Part shown: positions 14,844 to 33,456 of the stretch, piece by piece
Layout: the number at the start of each line of letters is the position of its first letter
Numbering within the stretch: the stretch's first letter is position 1
Assembly: GCF_009914755.1 (NCBI RefSeq)
Contig: NC_060925.1
Source: the human T2T-CHM13v2.0 reference genome, Homo sapiens
Reading direction: 5' to 3' (one strand)
DNA: 64,000 nt
Position numbers and translations under genes: made by a program
The notes under the pieces: model-generated
The model's input: the letters and a program-made list of their open reading frames with translations, nothing else
What the model was told of the DNA's origin: nothing
The model's database searches: none

Positions 14844-16483
14844 TCATATGTACTTCATAATTATATACACCTAATATGTACCCATAAAAGTTAGAAAATA
14901 AAAAAGCATGACACAGCAAAAAAAAGCCAATAGCTGGCTTTCTTTCATGTTAAAGGTTTGCACAAAAGAATAAAAAAGAGACAGAAGTTCTATTAAATGA
15001 TATTCATTAGGCTTAATATCTGAATTTCATTAAGCTACCCGATTCTCATTATGCCTTAGGTAGGTAAGCAGGTGTACATTTCCATGGATGCACTGAGACA
15101 TAACTTTTCCCCACATTATAATTTACATTCACATTTTTCTTTACTATTTTTATTATGGTTGGCCTGATTTATAGTAGAAATTGTTAAAATGTCATAATCA
15201 ATATTTATACCTGAAGTTGTTACAGTTCAATATTCTGTATTTTAAGAGGGCTCAATAAATAGAAACTGAATTGATAATTATTAATTAAGTGTATAATATC
15301 CTTGTTTATACTACCTAAACAATTCAATACAAACTTTTCTTAAAGAATTACACCCACTCATAATAATATCATCAAGAAGCTGTGAATTTGCTATTCATCT
15401 GTTTCAGTATGGGGTTTAATAGCTGGGCCAATACACCACGGATCTAAAAGACACTATACATATCAAGATAATAACATATACCTAGGCTTTCTATGTTTGA
15501 TGTTCCAATTTGTTTAGACATAAAAGTCACCACTTGTGTCTTTATTTTATATAAATTTTTTTTAACAGTAGTACTTCTTTCTATGCTGGCAGCTTCCAAG
15601 TAACTGCAGAATGGCAAGAACTACATCATTTAACGAATATTCATATCAAAGAGACAGTTATAACATTTTTCATGCCATTGCTCCTTTACCCTTCCTCAAC
15701 ACACTTTGAGAATTACAGTGAATTTTTGAAATCCTGAAAGAACTATCTTCAATCCTTACACTAGGCTTTAAAAAATATTTTTAAATAATATACCTTTGAA
15801 TTAAAAAGGGAAAGAAATTTAGAAATAAATATTTGTGGGAGAATATCACATCAGCACATCCAAGATAAAATAATACATGAGAGTTGAGACTTAAAAGTGG
15901 TATAATAAATTGCTAGTAAAAAAGCATAATAATAATAGATAACATAACATTAACACAAAAATATAAGTTCCTCAGAGATAAGAATGTTTGCTTTTTGTTT
16001 ACTTTATTCCTTATTTCTAGAATGATAAAAGTCCAGAATGCCTGTTGAATAAATGAATGGTTGAACAAATAAATGAGTGTGTTTGATACAGAAAAGAGAT
16101 CATGATTCTCCCAGTCATCCAAAGCACATCTGTGAACCTCAGTATACTTGGGAGCAACAATCTGGAATATGGAAAGGTCCAGATTCCAGCACAATGCACT
16201 AGGTTCTCAGCATAAAAATGAAAAATACAAAATCTTGGTGTTCAAATGTCCACAGTCCAAAGCCAGATATATAAATAGTTCTGATACAATGATACAAGTG
16301 CAAAAAGAGTTATATGTATTAAAGGGCCATAGACTGGCTGAAAAAACATCATTTGAGCATTAGCTAAAAAGATGAGTGAGAGGAGGGAAGAGTAGAGGCA
16401 CGCAAAGCAAAAGTACAGAAGTCCCAAAATTCATAGTGTTTTTGGAGAACAGTAAGCTGTATATTTCAAACTTTTAACCATAA

Positions 16484-16785
<302 letters not shown>

Positions 16786-17371
16786 GAAACAAGTTTTATG
16801 AAATAATACCCACCTTTACTCATTTGACACATTTAGTATTTTCTGATCTATTATTTCTTCTTAATGGTGGTCAAGTTGCACTAAATTAAAATTTCAAGAT
16901 CATTTGTTTGAAAAACTGGGTTTGAGCATTGAATAGACGTGGCAAGCAGATCGCTGAAATGAAAATACTAAGAATGCTCTGCCAGCAGAACTCCAACTCT
17001 TCTCCCATGCAGGTGGTTTGCTGCTGAGCCGCACGGCTTAGGGAAGGGCTATGATCTAGGTCCCTTTCCTACTTAAAACATCTCACTGTGGTACAAAAGA
17101 TCAGTAAAGAACTCCTTCTCTATATCAAATAAAAGGGCAGGAAAGGAAAGTGCCACAGACCTTTTTTAATCTGCTCTAGGGATAATGTTTGGTGCTTACC
17201 ACTATTCTATCTAGAAGCATTAACAGTATTTAAAATTTATACTATTCTCATTTCTGGGAGCATTCCACATTCTATCTATATCTGGATCTATCTCAGAGTT
17301 TACCAAGTCACATTGTCACATTGAACTAATGAAGCAAAACTCTCTACATCCACAATAGACTTTGTTCAAGA

Positions 17372-18040
17372 CTATTTATTGAGCACTTTCTATGTGCCAG
17401 CTTCTGTTGTAGTGCTAAGGACTGCAATAGTGGGAATACAAAAGTCCAAGTCTCCTGGAGTTGATATTGTATAGAAAACAAATAAATTAATTAAATACAT
17501 ACAGATAATAATGAATGCTGGGAGGGAACAAAATAGTGTCTTGGGTTTGAAAATATTATTTAAGGAAGCCAGGAAAGGCCTTTTTCATGAGGTAACATTT
17601 AAGTTGAGACATGAAGGATGAGAAGCCACTAAAGTGAAGTGCTAAGGAGAAAAACAATTTTCTCAGCACCAGAAGAGTATGCATGACGACCTGACACAGG
17701 AAAGAAATGTGTTATTAGAAACCAGTATATCTTGAGCCCAATGAAGAGTTGGGAAAAATGGTATGAGATGAGATGGGAAGTTACCTGAAGTTACTGAATT
17801 GTTCCATTAACTAACACGGGAAGTTACTGAAGAATGACATGGCCCAATGGGTTTTATAAAAGCTTATTCTTTCAGCTATGTAGAGAAGGGATTAGATAGG
17901 GTTGAGATTAGAAGCTGAGCGATCCCTTAGGAGACTAATTTTCAGGCAAGTCAATATGGAAGATTAGACTAGGGTGTTGACAATAGAAATGGAGAAAAGC
18001 AGATGGATTCAAGATATATTTTGGAGGTAGAACCAGTGAA
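17372..18040 (-). mobile_element. L2 fragment
   Basis: tatttattgagcactttctatgtgccag ... gatggattcaagatatattttggaggtagaacc. Confidence 0.7.
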
Positions 18041-18406
18041 ACTTATATTCAGAATTTTCTTAAAAGAGACCATAAGGAAGTGAATTGAAAATTGGGTGAA
18101 GGAATGAATGTATTTAAAAGGAAAAGGTGACATTTTGAGGAAAGAAAGAATGGCAAAAGTATACACTAAGTAACAACCTATTAATAAAAGTAACATATTA
18201 AAGTGGTCACATTTACAACTCTAATCTGATGTCCTACACTGGGCCTCAATTATCTTAAAATAAGATATTAAACCAAGGCAGAAAAAGAGAAGAAATACTT
18301 CAAGGTTTTTAGCCTTAAATGGTTGAGCCCAGGCCACTGAAAAAAATACAATTTACCCAATTAAAATAACGAAGCAAGATTTAACTAAGATCATTTTAGT
18401 GAGAAA

Positions 18407-18580
18407 CAGTTGTTCTCACCCTGGCTGCCCATTAGAATTCCCTGGGGAGCTTTTAAAAACTAGAAGCCCAGGTTCCACTGGAGTGATTCCGATTTAATTG
18501 GTCTGAGGTAGACCCAGGCATCGGTATTTTTTAAAAAGCTCCTTAGAGAATTCTAATAAGCAGCCAGGATGGAGAGTCTT
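18407..18580. mobile_element. MER5-family MITE
   Basis: cagttgttctcaccctggctgcccattagaattccctggggagcttttaaaaa ... gcagccagg. Confidence 0.7.
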
Positions 18581-19503
18581 GAGTTAGAAGTAGAGTACAG
18601 CTAAGGATGCCATATCAATAAACCTATTCTGCTAATGAAAGATTAATAGAGAAAATAGGATGAAAGAACTTTGATCCCAGACAAGGAATACAGGCCTATT
18701 GGTTACAAGGACATAATTCAAGACCACAAGAAAATAAAAATCCATTTTACTCTGAGTGACTTTTTTTTCAAGCTGGCAGAAAATGGCATTATGCCCACCT
18801 TGTTAATAACACGGACACCCATACAGATGCCACACATATTTAAAAACATATTTTATTTCCATTATGGACAACAAAAAGAGAGTAACAGCTGATGGTTGAC
18901 TACAAGAAAAATATAAGAGAAAGAGGAGAGTGTCAATATTGCCCGGACAAGAAAACACAGGAAAAAATGAATTGCATTGAGAAAGTGATTAAAAGAAATT
19001 GATTCCGTTATTTCTGAGAGAAAAAAACGCATATATATATAGAATACACCTAGCAACGAGTTTGCTTGTATCACATGGCTCTTGAGTCTGCACTTTTCAG
19101 GATTTAACTCTTAAGAGAGCCACAGAATTATCAGAGCAGAGCCGAAAGCCAAGTAACTATTCTTCTAAGTAGAACCAGAAACCTAGTTCTTCCCCAACTG
19201 CAATGAAGATTCGCTGGTGGGTGAATGGGCAACTAAAGGCCAGAGAAGTTCTATTATTTGCCCTAAATCACTCAACTAATTAGTGGTCATACTGGAATCA
19301 GAACCAAGATTTTGCATTGTTAGGTTTTAATTTTGTTACATTTGCACTCTAACTGCACTGAAAACAGAAAAAAGAAATGCGTAGTGCAGTTTCTAAATTG
19401 CCACAGCTGGAGCACTTTAAGAGCTACAATTGTCCAGTTAAGGCGGTAGTGGGTGGATGGTGCTGCCATGTTAATTCGGTGGAATAAAACCAGAGGTGAG
19501 TTA

Positions 19504-19876
<373 letters not shown>

Positions 19877-19910
19877 CTACTTCAGGAAGGGAGTGAAAGC
19901 AAAAAACTGA

Positions 19911-21296
<1,386 letters not shown>

Positions 21297-22456
21297 GCGT
21301 TGCCTTTTCTCCCAGCTACCTCCCAAAGCAGCCTGACCTGCGTGGGAGAGGCGTAGCGAGGTCGGAGGGGAAAGGGAGATCCCACGTGCAAGTAGGGGGA
21401 ATATCTCCCCCTTTTCCCTCATAGCCTCTAGGGAGGGAGAGTGACTTCATTCTCCATTTGAAGAGATTCTTCTGGTGATGTTTACTTAAAAAGTGATCCC
21501 CCTCAACAACGGATACAGCGTGCTTATTATTGGGCATTTAGCCTCAAAAGCATGTAGTACCAAGCACTTGTATTTCCGTATATTTTGTTTCGCGGGGGAG
21601 TGAGGGGGAAGAACACGGATGAAAATGTCAGTTTTTGAAGGGTCCATGCACATCCCTGACACCTCACACCTTATCTAAGTCTGAAGCTGGGGAGAAAGGG
21701 GTTCATTTAGACTTCATACATTTCCAGTACGACTTTAGTATCTCTCCAGAGCCATATTTTCTCAGTCCGAATTAATTCCCCCTCCCTAGGTGCCTGTAGG
21801 CTATGGTACTTCTTCCTCATTGTTTTCTAGGTAAACTTCACTACTGGTAATTAAGGGGAAGGATATGAGGAAGCAGTTTAAATAGCCCTGTTCTCATTAC
21901 TCTGACCACATACATCATAGGGTGCTAAAGTTGATGAACACATTAATCCGTTAAGTAAAATGGACTTTGTAATTGTACAGCATACCTAAGAAACTCAGAA
22001 GGTGCATTTAAGAGAGAGACCTGAAAGAAATAGTATGGATTTTTAAAAATTCTTGTCTCTACTATTATAACCAAAAAATATTTCTTGTATGTCCCATAAA
22101 AATATTTGTGTAATTCTTATGAAACAGGCTGGTAGAGGAGGTTTCTGAGCCTAGCCCAAGGGCTTATTCATCACCATGGGTAAATTATTTAAACTCACTT
22201 AATTAAGGAAAATATTTTCCCAGCTAGAAAAGTATACTCATTCTCATTTAAACTCTCTCATTTGGAGGGATCATGTGAGTTGGCCTACTTACAAGTAGTG
22301 AAAGTTCCCTTTTCAGTTTTGTTTTGTTTTGTTTTGTTTTTCTCTTTCACTCAGCCAAATGTGAAAGTTGTGAATTTAGGAAAATCACTTGTAATGAAGT
22401 GTGAATCTTGTTATCAAATTTATTTCTCTGATGTTTCCTTCCTTATCCTTGTAGCC

Positions 22457-22462
22457 AATAAA
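22457..22462 (+). terminator. Proximal poly(A) signal AATAAA of PRMT6
   Basis: AATAAA with TGTA just upstream and a GT-rich element downstream (tcttgtgtgctgtg ~22501-22514). Confidence 0.55.
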
Positions 22463-22720
22463 ACATTGACATTCTCACGTTTTATAGATGAGGTAAAAAG
22501 TCTTGTGTGCTGTGAGTTATAATGCTTTTGCCTTTTTAATATTATTAGTTCTTAAGTGTTACAGCCCCTTCAGAATATAACTTCAGGACAATTCAAACTA
22601 TGCTTAATGTATGATTTTCGAGCTTCTGTATGCTAAGAAAATAGGTGTGAAAAACTGGTGTTCTGAAATAGCCTAACATTTATTGTAATTCTGAATTTTC
22701 TGCCCTTTTATTCATTGCAT

Positions 22721-22726
22721 ATTAAA
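22721..22726 (+). terminator. Distal poly(A) signal ATTAAA of PRMT6
   Basis: ATTAAA with upstream TGTA elements (~22627, ~22684) and downstream tttggttgtat (~22758). Implies an mRNA of ~2.6 kb. Confidence 0.6.
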
Positions 22727-24299
22727 GTATTAGAGTATAAAAACTAATTTGCTAAACTTTGGTTGTATATAACACAGATCTTCCATCATGGAGAGATATA
22801 CATGTACAAAATTATCAATTTACAAGATAATTGAGTAGCAAGCAGTACAGTTGTAACCGTCACCATTTTGATGCTAAGATAGTGATCATCTCATGTAAAT
22901 GCTACAGTCACAGCAAGCTAGACTTAAGCTAGAGGGAAAATAGAGCTCCTTATAAGGTGTTCTATGTTTTAAATCAAATATTTATTTAGAGTTTGAGTGT
23001 GTGATTTTGAGTAGGTTTCTGGTGGTTTGGTTTGTTTTTTAAAAAAAACTTGATTTAACAATTCCTTTACTAAGTGATAAATGAGAATATTCTTCCAAAT
23101 TCTATTTTTTATATATTTGATAAATACTATAGAGTTATCATTATCAGTATAAGCACATAAAGGGAACCTCAGTTAAAACTTGGAGGAACTATAGAAGTAA
23201 AGGGTATGTATTCCATAGTTAAAGTAAGCTTCAGGATTTTTATTACTCCTTCCCAGAAGAAAAATGAATTATAAAAATACAGCGACTGAAGCAATTAGTC
23301 AAGAGTTAGCATAACATAATGGCTACAAAATTGGACTCTGGAGCCAGACAGCCCATAGTAGAACCTAGGCTCCACCACTCTTTGTGACCTTGGGCAAAAT
23401 ATTAAACACCTTTTTTTCCTTCAAAATGGAGGAAATTCCTCTCGTATGCAAAATGGAGATAACAATAGTACCTATGTCATAGATGTGAGAATAGAATGAG
23501 TTAATACATGTGACTACATAATGTCTGGTATGTAATAAGATCTCAATAAAGCCTCAGTGTGGTAGTTAGGGAAAAGTCAAACCTGGAGCACTTGGATGCA
23601 TGCAAAATGTGTGACAGAATAAATATTCAACATTTTGATTTTTTTTACAGGTATTCAACAGTATGTGGTTGTACGTGAGGAGCAATGTATGACACTGTAC
23701 ACCAAATGATCCAAAGGGAATTCAAGACCTCTGGAGTGAGGACACCTCCAGAAGGATGAAGGTGTAAGATGTATCAACATCCAGGCACTGTCCAATCTGT
23801 CTGTATGGACTGGTACTGACTGCTTGGTGCCATTGGACCACAGGCAGGAACTACCAGGCCCAAAGGAGAGGAAAACATGGTAAAGTTCAACCTGCTTCCC
23901 TCAAACAACTTACATTTATTTTGCGCTGTGAAAGTTTACAAATATTTTCATTAATTCATTGGACCAATGGACATTTTATTGAGTATACAATGCAACAGTC
24001 ATTGTGATAAGCATTTAGGATACAAACCAACAAAACACAGTTTCTTCCTTCAAATGATATGTTCATAAGATAAAATGGTAAGTACAATAAATGATAATGG
24101 GCTAAAGACTGGGATGGTCTTGGTGTTAGAAAGGGCAAGTAATTAACTCAATTTACATACCAGGAACAAGAGTTATACAGATATTGAAGGACTTGGCCTA
24201 AGTTTACATAGCTAATTCTTGGCTTTTAATTCCTAACTCCAAACAAAAATTCACATGTTTATTATATTAATCTTGCCTGCTTCAATTAAAAACAGAAGT

Positions 24300-24677
<378 letters not shown>

Positions 24678-25248
24678 TTAAGGAAGTCTCTATTAAAGAT
24701 GTATCTCATAGGCCTCAAAGAACCACTTTCAGTGTATAGGATCTCACACTTGACAACTACTAGGCACTCATTGACATAAATACCCCCATACCAATTTTCC
24801 CAACAGTTAGTCAATTGCGGCACTCTCTGAGGCCCCCAGAAAACTGACTCCTCAAAATAGTAGCAAAGGTAGATGAACTCACAGGTGCTTGGTGCTGAGG
24901 AGCAGAGGCATCTGATGAGGCTAAAAGTGGGCAGGAGTGAAAAAAAGGTGAGTATGAAAGACACCTCCAGCAAACAAAACTGGCTAACGTTTTGCTTATA
25001 GCCATCCTTGTTAGCATCTTCACACTTTATACCACCCAATGCTGAGGAGAGATGAATCAGTCAAGGAGGCCCCCCTCCTCCCATATGTACATGTTTTTAC
25101 CCATTCATTTCATGATTTAGTAAACACCAACTATAAAACATTCAAGTTCTATCATAAGCAAATCCTACCCTCTAAAAACTAGTATACAGTATGGGAAATA
25201 AAATTACCTATATCAGTTCAGTAATTTGCATCCTTAGCCTGGAAAGAC

Positions 25249-25878
25249 TGTCAGGGCCAAGGGAAAAGTTCTCTGTGGCCCTCCGAAGTTTCTCTGAGAA
25301 GTCAACTCACAAATGCAAATTAATTGGAGAAAAGGCATACAAATTTATATAATCTGTACACACGGGAGCCCTCAGAATGAAGACCCAAAGATACAGGAGA
25401 AAGTGTCCATTTTTATGCTGAGGTTCAATAAAATACGGATAACTATTTAGAAATATGATTGCACAAAAAGAGTATGATCTCATGCTAACAGACTGAGCAG
25501 GGGATCCCAGCAGGGCCTGTCTGTCTAGATTCTTGGCCTCTCTGAGCATGCATTCCCTCCTTCTTGGTGTGAGGCAACACCATCTCTGGAATGAGGGTCT
25601 TATAACCCATAGTCAAAGAAGGTAGGTCACATAATTTCTTTATGAGTAGTTTTTATATAGAAAGGCAGAGGGAATGTGAGTAATGATTTTAGGTCTTATG
25701 ACTGGCTTTGGGGAAAGGGGGTTCTGGTGTCTACGACCTGCCTTGGGGAAAAGCGATTCTAGTTTCTATGGCTAGCCTAAGGGGAGAATTGGACTGAGAA
25801 ACAGGAGGGCAAGAGAAGATCAGAGAAACACTTTTGCTTCCAAGGTCTTCATTTTGGGGTATTTGCTGAGTCCCAACA
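25249..25878 (-). mobile_element. ERV1 solo LTR (MER34/MER39-group-like)
   Basis: TG...CA termini. The reverse complement starts tgttgggactcagcaaataccccaaaatgaag. Subfamily uncertain. Confidence 0.65.
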
Positions 25879-27169
25879 TCATTCCGACTAAATCTGTTGA
25901 AGCAAGGTTGAGAAGAGCCAGCCCACTTATCCTTAGTGCAAAAAACTCCCAAGTGCAAAAATATTACTTATCACATAGATCACGAAATCCTCAGAGAAAA
26001 AGTCTTCTCTGTTATTAGTTCCAAAAGTAAGTCTATGTCCTCTAAATAACTGGTTTGTTTCAGCTAATGAACACAGTATATTGCATAGACGACCCTTCTC
26101 ACATAGGCTACTAGAGAGCTGAGCCAAATTTATGCTTTGCTGTGCTTTTTTTTACTTTACATCTGGCTCCACTTCTATACTCCAATTTTTTTTCTTGATT
26201 TATCTTCTGTCATTTATAATAAATATTACGTGTTTTGTTGGAACGTGTGTAACCTTATTCTCTTCTAAATTTTTTGGCATGAAAATATCTTCCTACCTTT
26301 TGGAATACCCGCAGAAGCTCTGAGGATAAGGAGGCCAGAAGACTCTGAGATATGTCCCCATTATTTCCTACAAAAGGTGGTGTCTCATCACATTGTTCAT
26401 ATCGATGGGTAACTGATGTGATCTCATCCTTTTAGCCAAATGTATAGCATTTTACATTTTATAGAATCAAGAGACTATGTGAAAAATCTGAGACATGAAG
26501 ACAATTTGTGGAAACTAAATGTTCTGCAGGACTTTCTAAGCCTAGAACAGGCCCTGATTAAAATCTTAAACACAACAGTAAGGAGAGTTACAGACTTCCA
26601 AACCTCTTCCATAATGTGTCAAAACAATTTAAGTGATAGGGAAGAAGATGATACAAGGAGACTATTTCTCAAAATATTATACATGCTCATAGAAAAAGAC
26701 ATTTGAAACAAAGAATCTTGGACCTGATTAAAATTAAGAGAATTTTAGTAAAATTTAAGACATGACCAGTGACATCGGAATTGTACTCATTTGGAACCTT
26801 TGGTAATTAAGTTTATCATTATTGATAATAACTGTAGGGGAAGGCACATGATTTTAGTTGACTGAGTAAACCCTTATAACAGACACTTAAAATGCAGGGA
26901 GCTGAGAGAAAGAAAAAAAGTTCCTTTGTCTCTCTCTCTAGGCTGCCTCCTGCAAGAAAGGAAGGACAAAAAGAAGAGGTAGGATGGAAGGATATTTTCC
27001 CCACACTTTTTGAAATACTTTACAAACACTCCTATAATCATGTGATATATGTTCCTGAAAAACCCCCAAAATTCTGCAAAATTATTCAATAAAAATAACA
27101 AGCTTAAGGGAAAAATGGGTTTGGTGAACCATCAAAACATATGTAACTTTGTAACCAAGAGTCTAACAA

Positions 27170-27462
<293 letters not shown>

Positions 27463-29938
27463 CTAACAAAATAATAGCAATTTTAATAAAACTTGTTAAG
27501 AAATATAAATTTTTAATAAAGAAACACTGCAGTAAATATAAATAAAAATAGCCTGATGGAAGGAAATAAGGAAGACTTATACAAAGTAAAATTCACAAAG
27601 ACAGAGAGAAGGCTTAATAAACATCTCTAAGACAGAATGAGCCAATAGGAAGAAGTAGGGTGCTGCATTCAATTGCATCAATATATTTTGTGTTCAGCGA
27701 CTGTTACCTGGTGGTGCTAACACTACATTCTATAGTGATGTCATTCCACTTGCCAATTGACTTCATTATTTTTACGGAAACACGCATTGTAACGAAACAT
27801 TCTGTTCTTTGTGAAATTTCTAGAAACTAAATAATTCAGAATTCCATTTGGGTTTAAAAATCTTTTTTAAAATTTTCTGGAAGGGAAGGGAAGGTTATAA
27901 CCACACTTTAGTATGCATTAATTTTGTTATTTTAGTCAACAGGAAAGTTAATAGGAAGGGAGAATACAAATTCTGACCTGTGTAGAGTGAAAGGAAAATA
28001 GTTAAGTACAGTTACCTGCATTCAAAAGGTAGTTTGATAGAGGGCATTGGGGACAATAGCTGTTTTTCCACAGTCGCAGGGTGACATAAAAACATCTTGG
28101 GGCCAAAAAAAAGCCTAAAGTGAGTGAGAGAAGCATATAAATGATGAGTAGGATCCCTATGCATACTTTCTGCCTACGTCACAATTTCCTCAGGTAATTT
28201 TCTTCTTCCTTAAATCATGGGCTTATAACAGTATTTTGATTGACATAACTGTTGCGTATTTTGATATTTGACATTGTCCTTAACCTCACTTTTCAGCTTA
28301 ATTTCTAAATCTATACAAGGACTTTACTATGTAAGAACTACTTAATCCTCTCAAATTTGTGAAGAAAACTTTCCACTCCCCATTATTGCAAGCTGTGTGC
28401 AGTTTAGTATGTGGTGTGGAGTGGTGTGACTATTAGGCTTTCTTTTTAACACTTGCAACTTTGCTTTTGGTAAAATTATTATGTTATATATTATATATTA
28501 ATTACATATATTAATATATTAAAGGTAATATGTTTATTATAAAATTTTTCTAAGAGCAAACTATAGAGTTTTGACTTTAAGTTTTATAGGATGGTGAAAG
28601 GATTCCAGTCCACAAATGGTTAAAACATTTATTTTATGCACTCATTGGCATCAAACTTTTTACCAGAAATCTTTATTAAAAGGGCAAACTGCTTATTTTA
28701 ATATGAACTTCTCACTCTACCATCATTTATCATCTGGTGAAATTATAAAAATAAAAAACATTTAAATGCTTTAGAATGAACAGTAAAAGAATTAAAAAGA
28801 GAGTATTTGGAAAATCTGCAGATTAAATATCCAGTCACTGAATAATTAAGAATTTACTCTAGGCAAAATAATTAGAGGAAAGCAAGGAGAGAATGACAAC
28901 AATTACAAGAGGATTTTAATATAAAATGAAAATATAAATCACTGGGAAATGTGTTTTTTGTAAAAATAAAATTAAATATTAGTTAGCTTTGCTTTAAACC
29001 CCAACCAAAGATACTTCATAGAGCCCAGGCATTATTATAAGATAGGTTTACATATAAATTAATACCTTGGCACTGGGTCAAAGAAAAATATTATAGTAAA
29101 GTTTCAGAATGGTAAATCCATATACAGATAGGAGATAAAATGATTGAGTTACTATAAACAAAGTTCTAAAAATTAAAACCAGACATAGAGGATGTGGTCA
29201 TTGCACTATCCCCATAAACAGTAATGTTATTTAAAACATTAAAATGATATATTATTCAGTGATAACATATGTGATATGTCTGTTAATGGATTATAATTTT
29301 TCATTTTTTTATTCACTATATCTGATTTATTTTATACCAAATAATAGTGCATTCGCTGGGATAGGTTGTGAAAAAAGAATATGGTGAAACTTTATACCAA
29401 ACAATATTCTAATGCAGCCACTACTACTCAGCATGTAGAATATTTTTATGCAATAATGGTATATTAATCAAGCCATGCAAAGTTCCATTAAAATCAATAG
29501 TATATTAACTTTATTTACTTCACATGAGTTATACATAATAAAATAATGTTCTATAAAGAGTGATTTTCATTCTAAAGAAGACTCCAAATCTATTATAAAT
29601 TTCCATTTAAAGGAAATGCCTCCTTTTGTCAGACAGGCCTCAACCTACCTAGAGAGAAGCAGTCATGATACTTGTATAAAGCATCTTTGTTAATTTTTTA
29701 AATCATTATTGAGTGCCTAATGTGTTAGATAAATTTTAAGCACATTATCTTATTTACTCTTCGAAATAGCTCCATGAAGTAGTTCTATTATCAATCCTAT
29801 CTTACAGATGAGAAAACAAAGGATGAAGGAATTTGGTGACTTGTCCAAGGCCGTGGTGTAAGTAAATGACCTAACCATGATACCTGGGCTCTCAAGAGTT
29901 AAAGTGACATCTGTAGGCATTTAAAGCCGACTGATCAT

Positions 29939-30360
29939 TGTCTTAGGTCAGAATCTCCAGGAGCCAACCTTGAGATAAGGATACATGTAAAAGTGTTATC
30001 AAAAAGTGTTCCAAAAAAATGGCAGAAGGGTAGTTGGCAAATGAGACTAGGAATGGTAAGCCAGGCTAGAGTGTGATATCGAGCAAATTCCCAAGAAATG
30101 TTCAGTCTCACAGAGATACTCTGGCTACAGGATGGATCACGCCTCAGAATGTATCAGTGAAGAAGCAAAAAATCTGGAACATTCCTACCTTCTCACCTGC
30201 CAGTCATTCGTTAATGACTGCCCCAGGGGAGACATAAGTTTCCTGGCTCTCTACATGAATGTGCATCGCAGCTTCCACAGGCTAAGGACAGTCACCCAAC
30301 AAAGGGTTGCCAGTGCAGTGCTGAGGGTTGAGGTGAAAGCACTGGGGGAGCAGATATGGG
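29939..30360 (-). mobile_element. ERVL LTR16-like fragment
   Basis: tgtcttaggtcagaatctccaggagccaaccttgagataaggatac resembles the recalled LTR16 end. Confidence 0.5.
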
Positions 30361-32204
30361 AAAAAGAAGAAAGAAAAAAGCAAAGGATATAAAGCAATGT
30401 AATTGGAACACTGATAGGATATGGCTATAGTGGTAAATGTCCTTTTTAAGATTCCTTTACATTCTAAAATAGTTGCAGACACATTTGTTTTATGTCCCTC
30501 TTTCATTAGGTTTTTGAAGCTGCATTAATAAAGTGCGAATGAAACAAATTGTTTGGAAGTAAAAAGTTAATAATTCCCTATTTCCACAGTCCAGTATATC
30601 TTTCCACTACATAAACTTACATACAAATATTTATATAATTTTTTACAAATATGGAAACGTATAATTCATGTTACTCTGGAAGTTGTTTTTTTTTCAGTTT
30701 AACTCTGCACATACTAAGTATCCCAAGAACTCAATACATGTACAAATAACTTGTTATTGATAATAGCAATATGAAAGTTTATGGTATGAAAATTTATTGT
30801 TTTGTGTACTGATATTTCTGTATCTTTAGGCTAGACTCCCTTAAGTATTTGCTTATTTTTAATTTTAGTAAATCCTGGCAGATTGTTTTCCGAAAGGGTC
30901 ATATAATTCACATTCCTAACAAGGATATAAGAGAAAGCCTGTTTTGTGATACACCCACTCACCTGGATTTTATTAATCTTATTTATGTTAATCTTATGGG
31001 CAAAAAAATACTAGCTTCTTGTTTTAGTTTTTATTACCCTAACTCCTGGTGGGTTGAGCATCTTTCTTTATATTCATTATCCATTTATATTTCCTTTTCT
31101 GTGAATATATTACTTGCTTTACCCATTTTTCTATTGGATTTTATGGCTATTGGGGGCTCTTTGTTTATTAGGCATAGTCTATCACGTGCTATCGTGCTTT
31201 CATTTGATTTTTTTTTACTTCATTAATATTTGGTCATTCAGAACTTTTTTATTTTTATTACTCTAATCTATTAATCTTGTTTGTTATTGCTTATCAGTTT
31301 CTTTTCTAATTAAAAAGCCTTCTCCTAATCCAAAGGTGAGGGACATATTCCCAAATTGTCATCCATTTTCATTATTTAATTTTAATTCAGATACTTAATC
31401 CCTATGAAATTTATGAGTTTTTTTAAACAACTTGAGGTAAAGATTCTTTTCAATGCAAGACCATAAAATCCATGTATTAAATACTACTAGATTTCACTTT
31501 TAGCATAAGTTGAATCAATGATTTTCACACATACCTCAGCATTTCAGAAATATAAGAAAGTATAATTTTAATAATAGGTAAGATGGGAGAAAGAGAGAAA
31601 GCTACATATAAGAAAATATATGGAAAACAGCAATAGGTAGATTTTCATGGTAAAAGAAAGAGAAATAAAAAAGGCCTAAGTTAGAAAAGAAAATGCAAGA
31701 GGAGTAGAGAATGTTGGAGAGGATCGAAACAACAGTGGCAGACTACAGCATAAGTAATGTTCTCACTAAATTTTAGGAGTTTGGAAACTCAACAGATGTT
31801 CAGAAGATAGATACAGGAGATGAGATAAAATGTCTGAGCTAAAGCAGAACAAACAAAATTTATCATTAATGCTTGCAATTCAAAAAACATATTTATTTTA
31901 AAATTATTTTTAAATTATTTTGGAAAGGTGGTCTACTACATTGCCCAGGCTGGTCTCAAATTCTTGGGCTCAAGCAATCCTCCTGCCTCAGTGTCCCAAA
32001 GTGTTTGGCACCCAACCAGAAAAAGCATTGTTTCAAACTGTTTTCTGCCCAAGCCAACTTTGATGCAATCTTTGTAATGATGAATAAATATTATTTCTAA
32101 CATAGTCTGACATTTTCTCTTCTCTTAAAGGATTGATTTTTTCTTAATAAATATTTTTTTATTCTTTATTATTAATATTAATAAATATTTATTTTAAAGC
32201 TTAC

Positions 32205-32862
<658 letters not shown>

Positions 32863-33022
32863 AGAAGGAGGAGGGCAGGAGGAGGGAAAGAGGAGTGGGA
32901 GGATGAGGAGGGGGGAGGAGGGGGAGGAAAGGAGAAAGGAGGAAGGAGGAAGGAAGAAACCTACCCAATAGAGTTCGTTTCACATTCAACTAATGTACCC
33001 TGTTAGTCAAATATACACATAA

Positions 33023-33456
<434 letters not shown>

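Noticed and set aside
23632-23885. Possible downstream exon (acceptor ttttttttacag at 23650, donor atg/gtaaag at 23880)
   Set aside because: Such splice-like motifs are frequent by chance. The site lies beyond both poly(A) signals and cannot be supported without transcript data.
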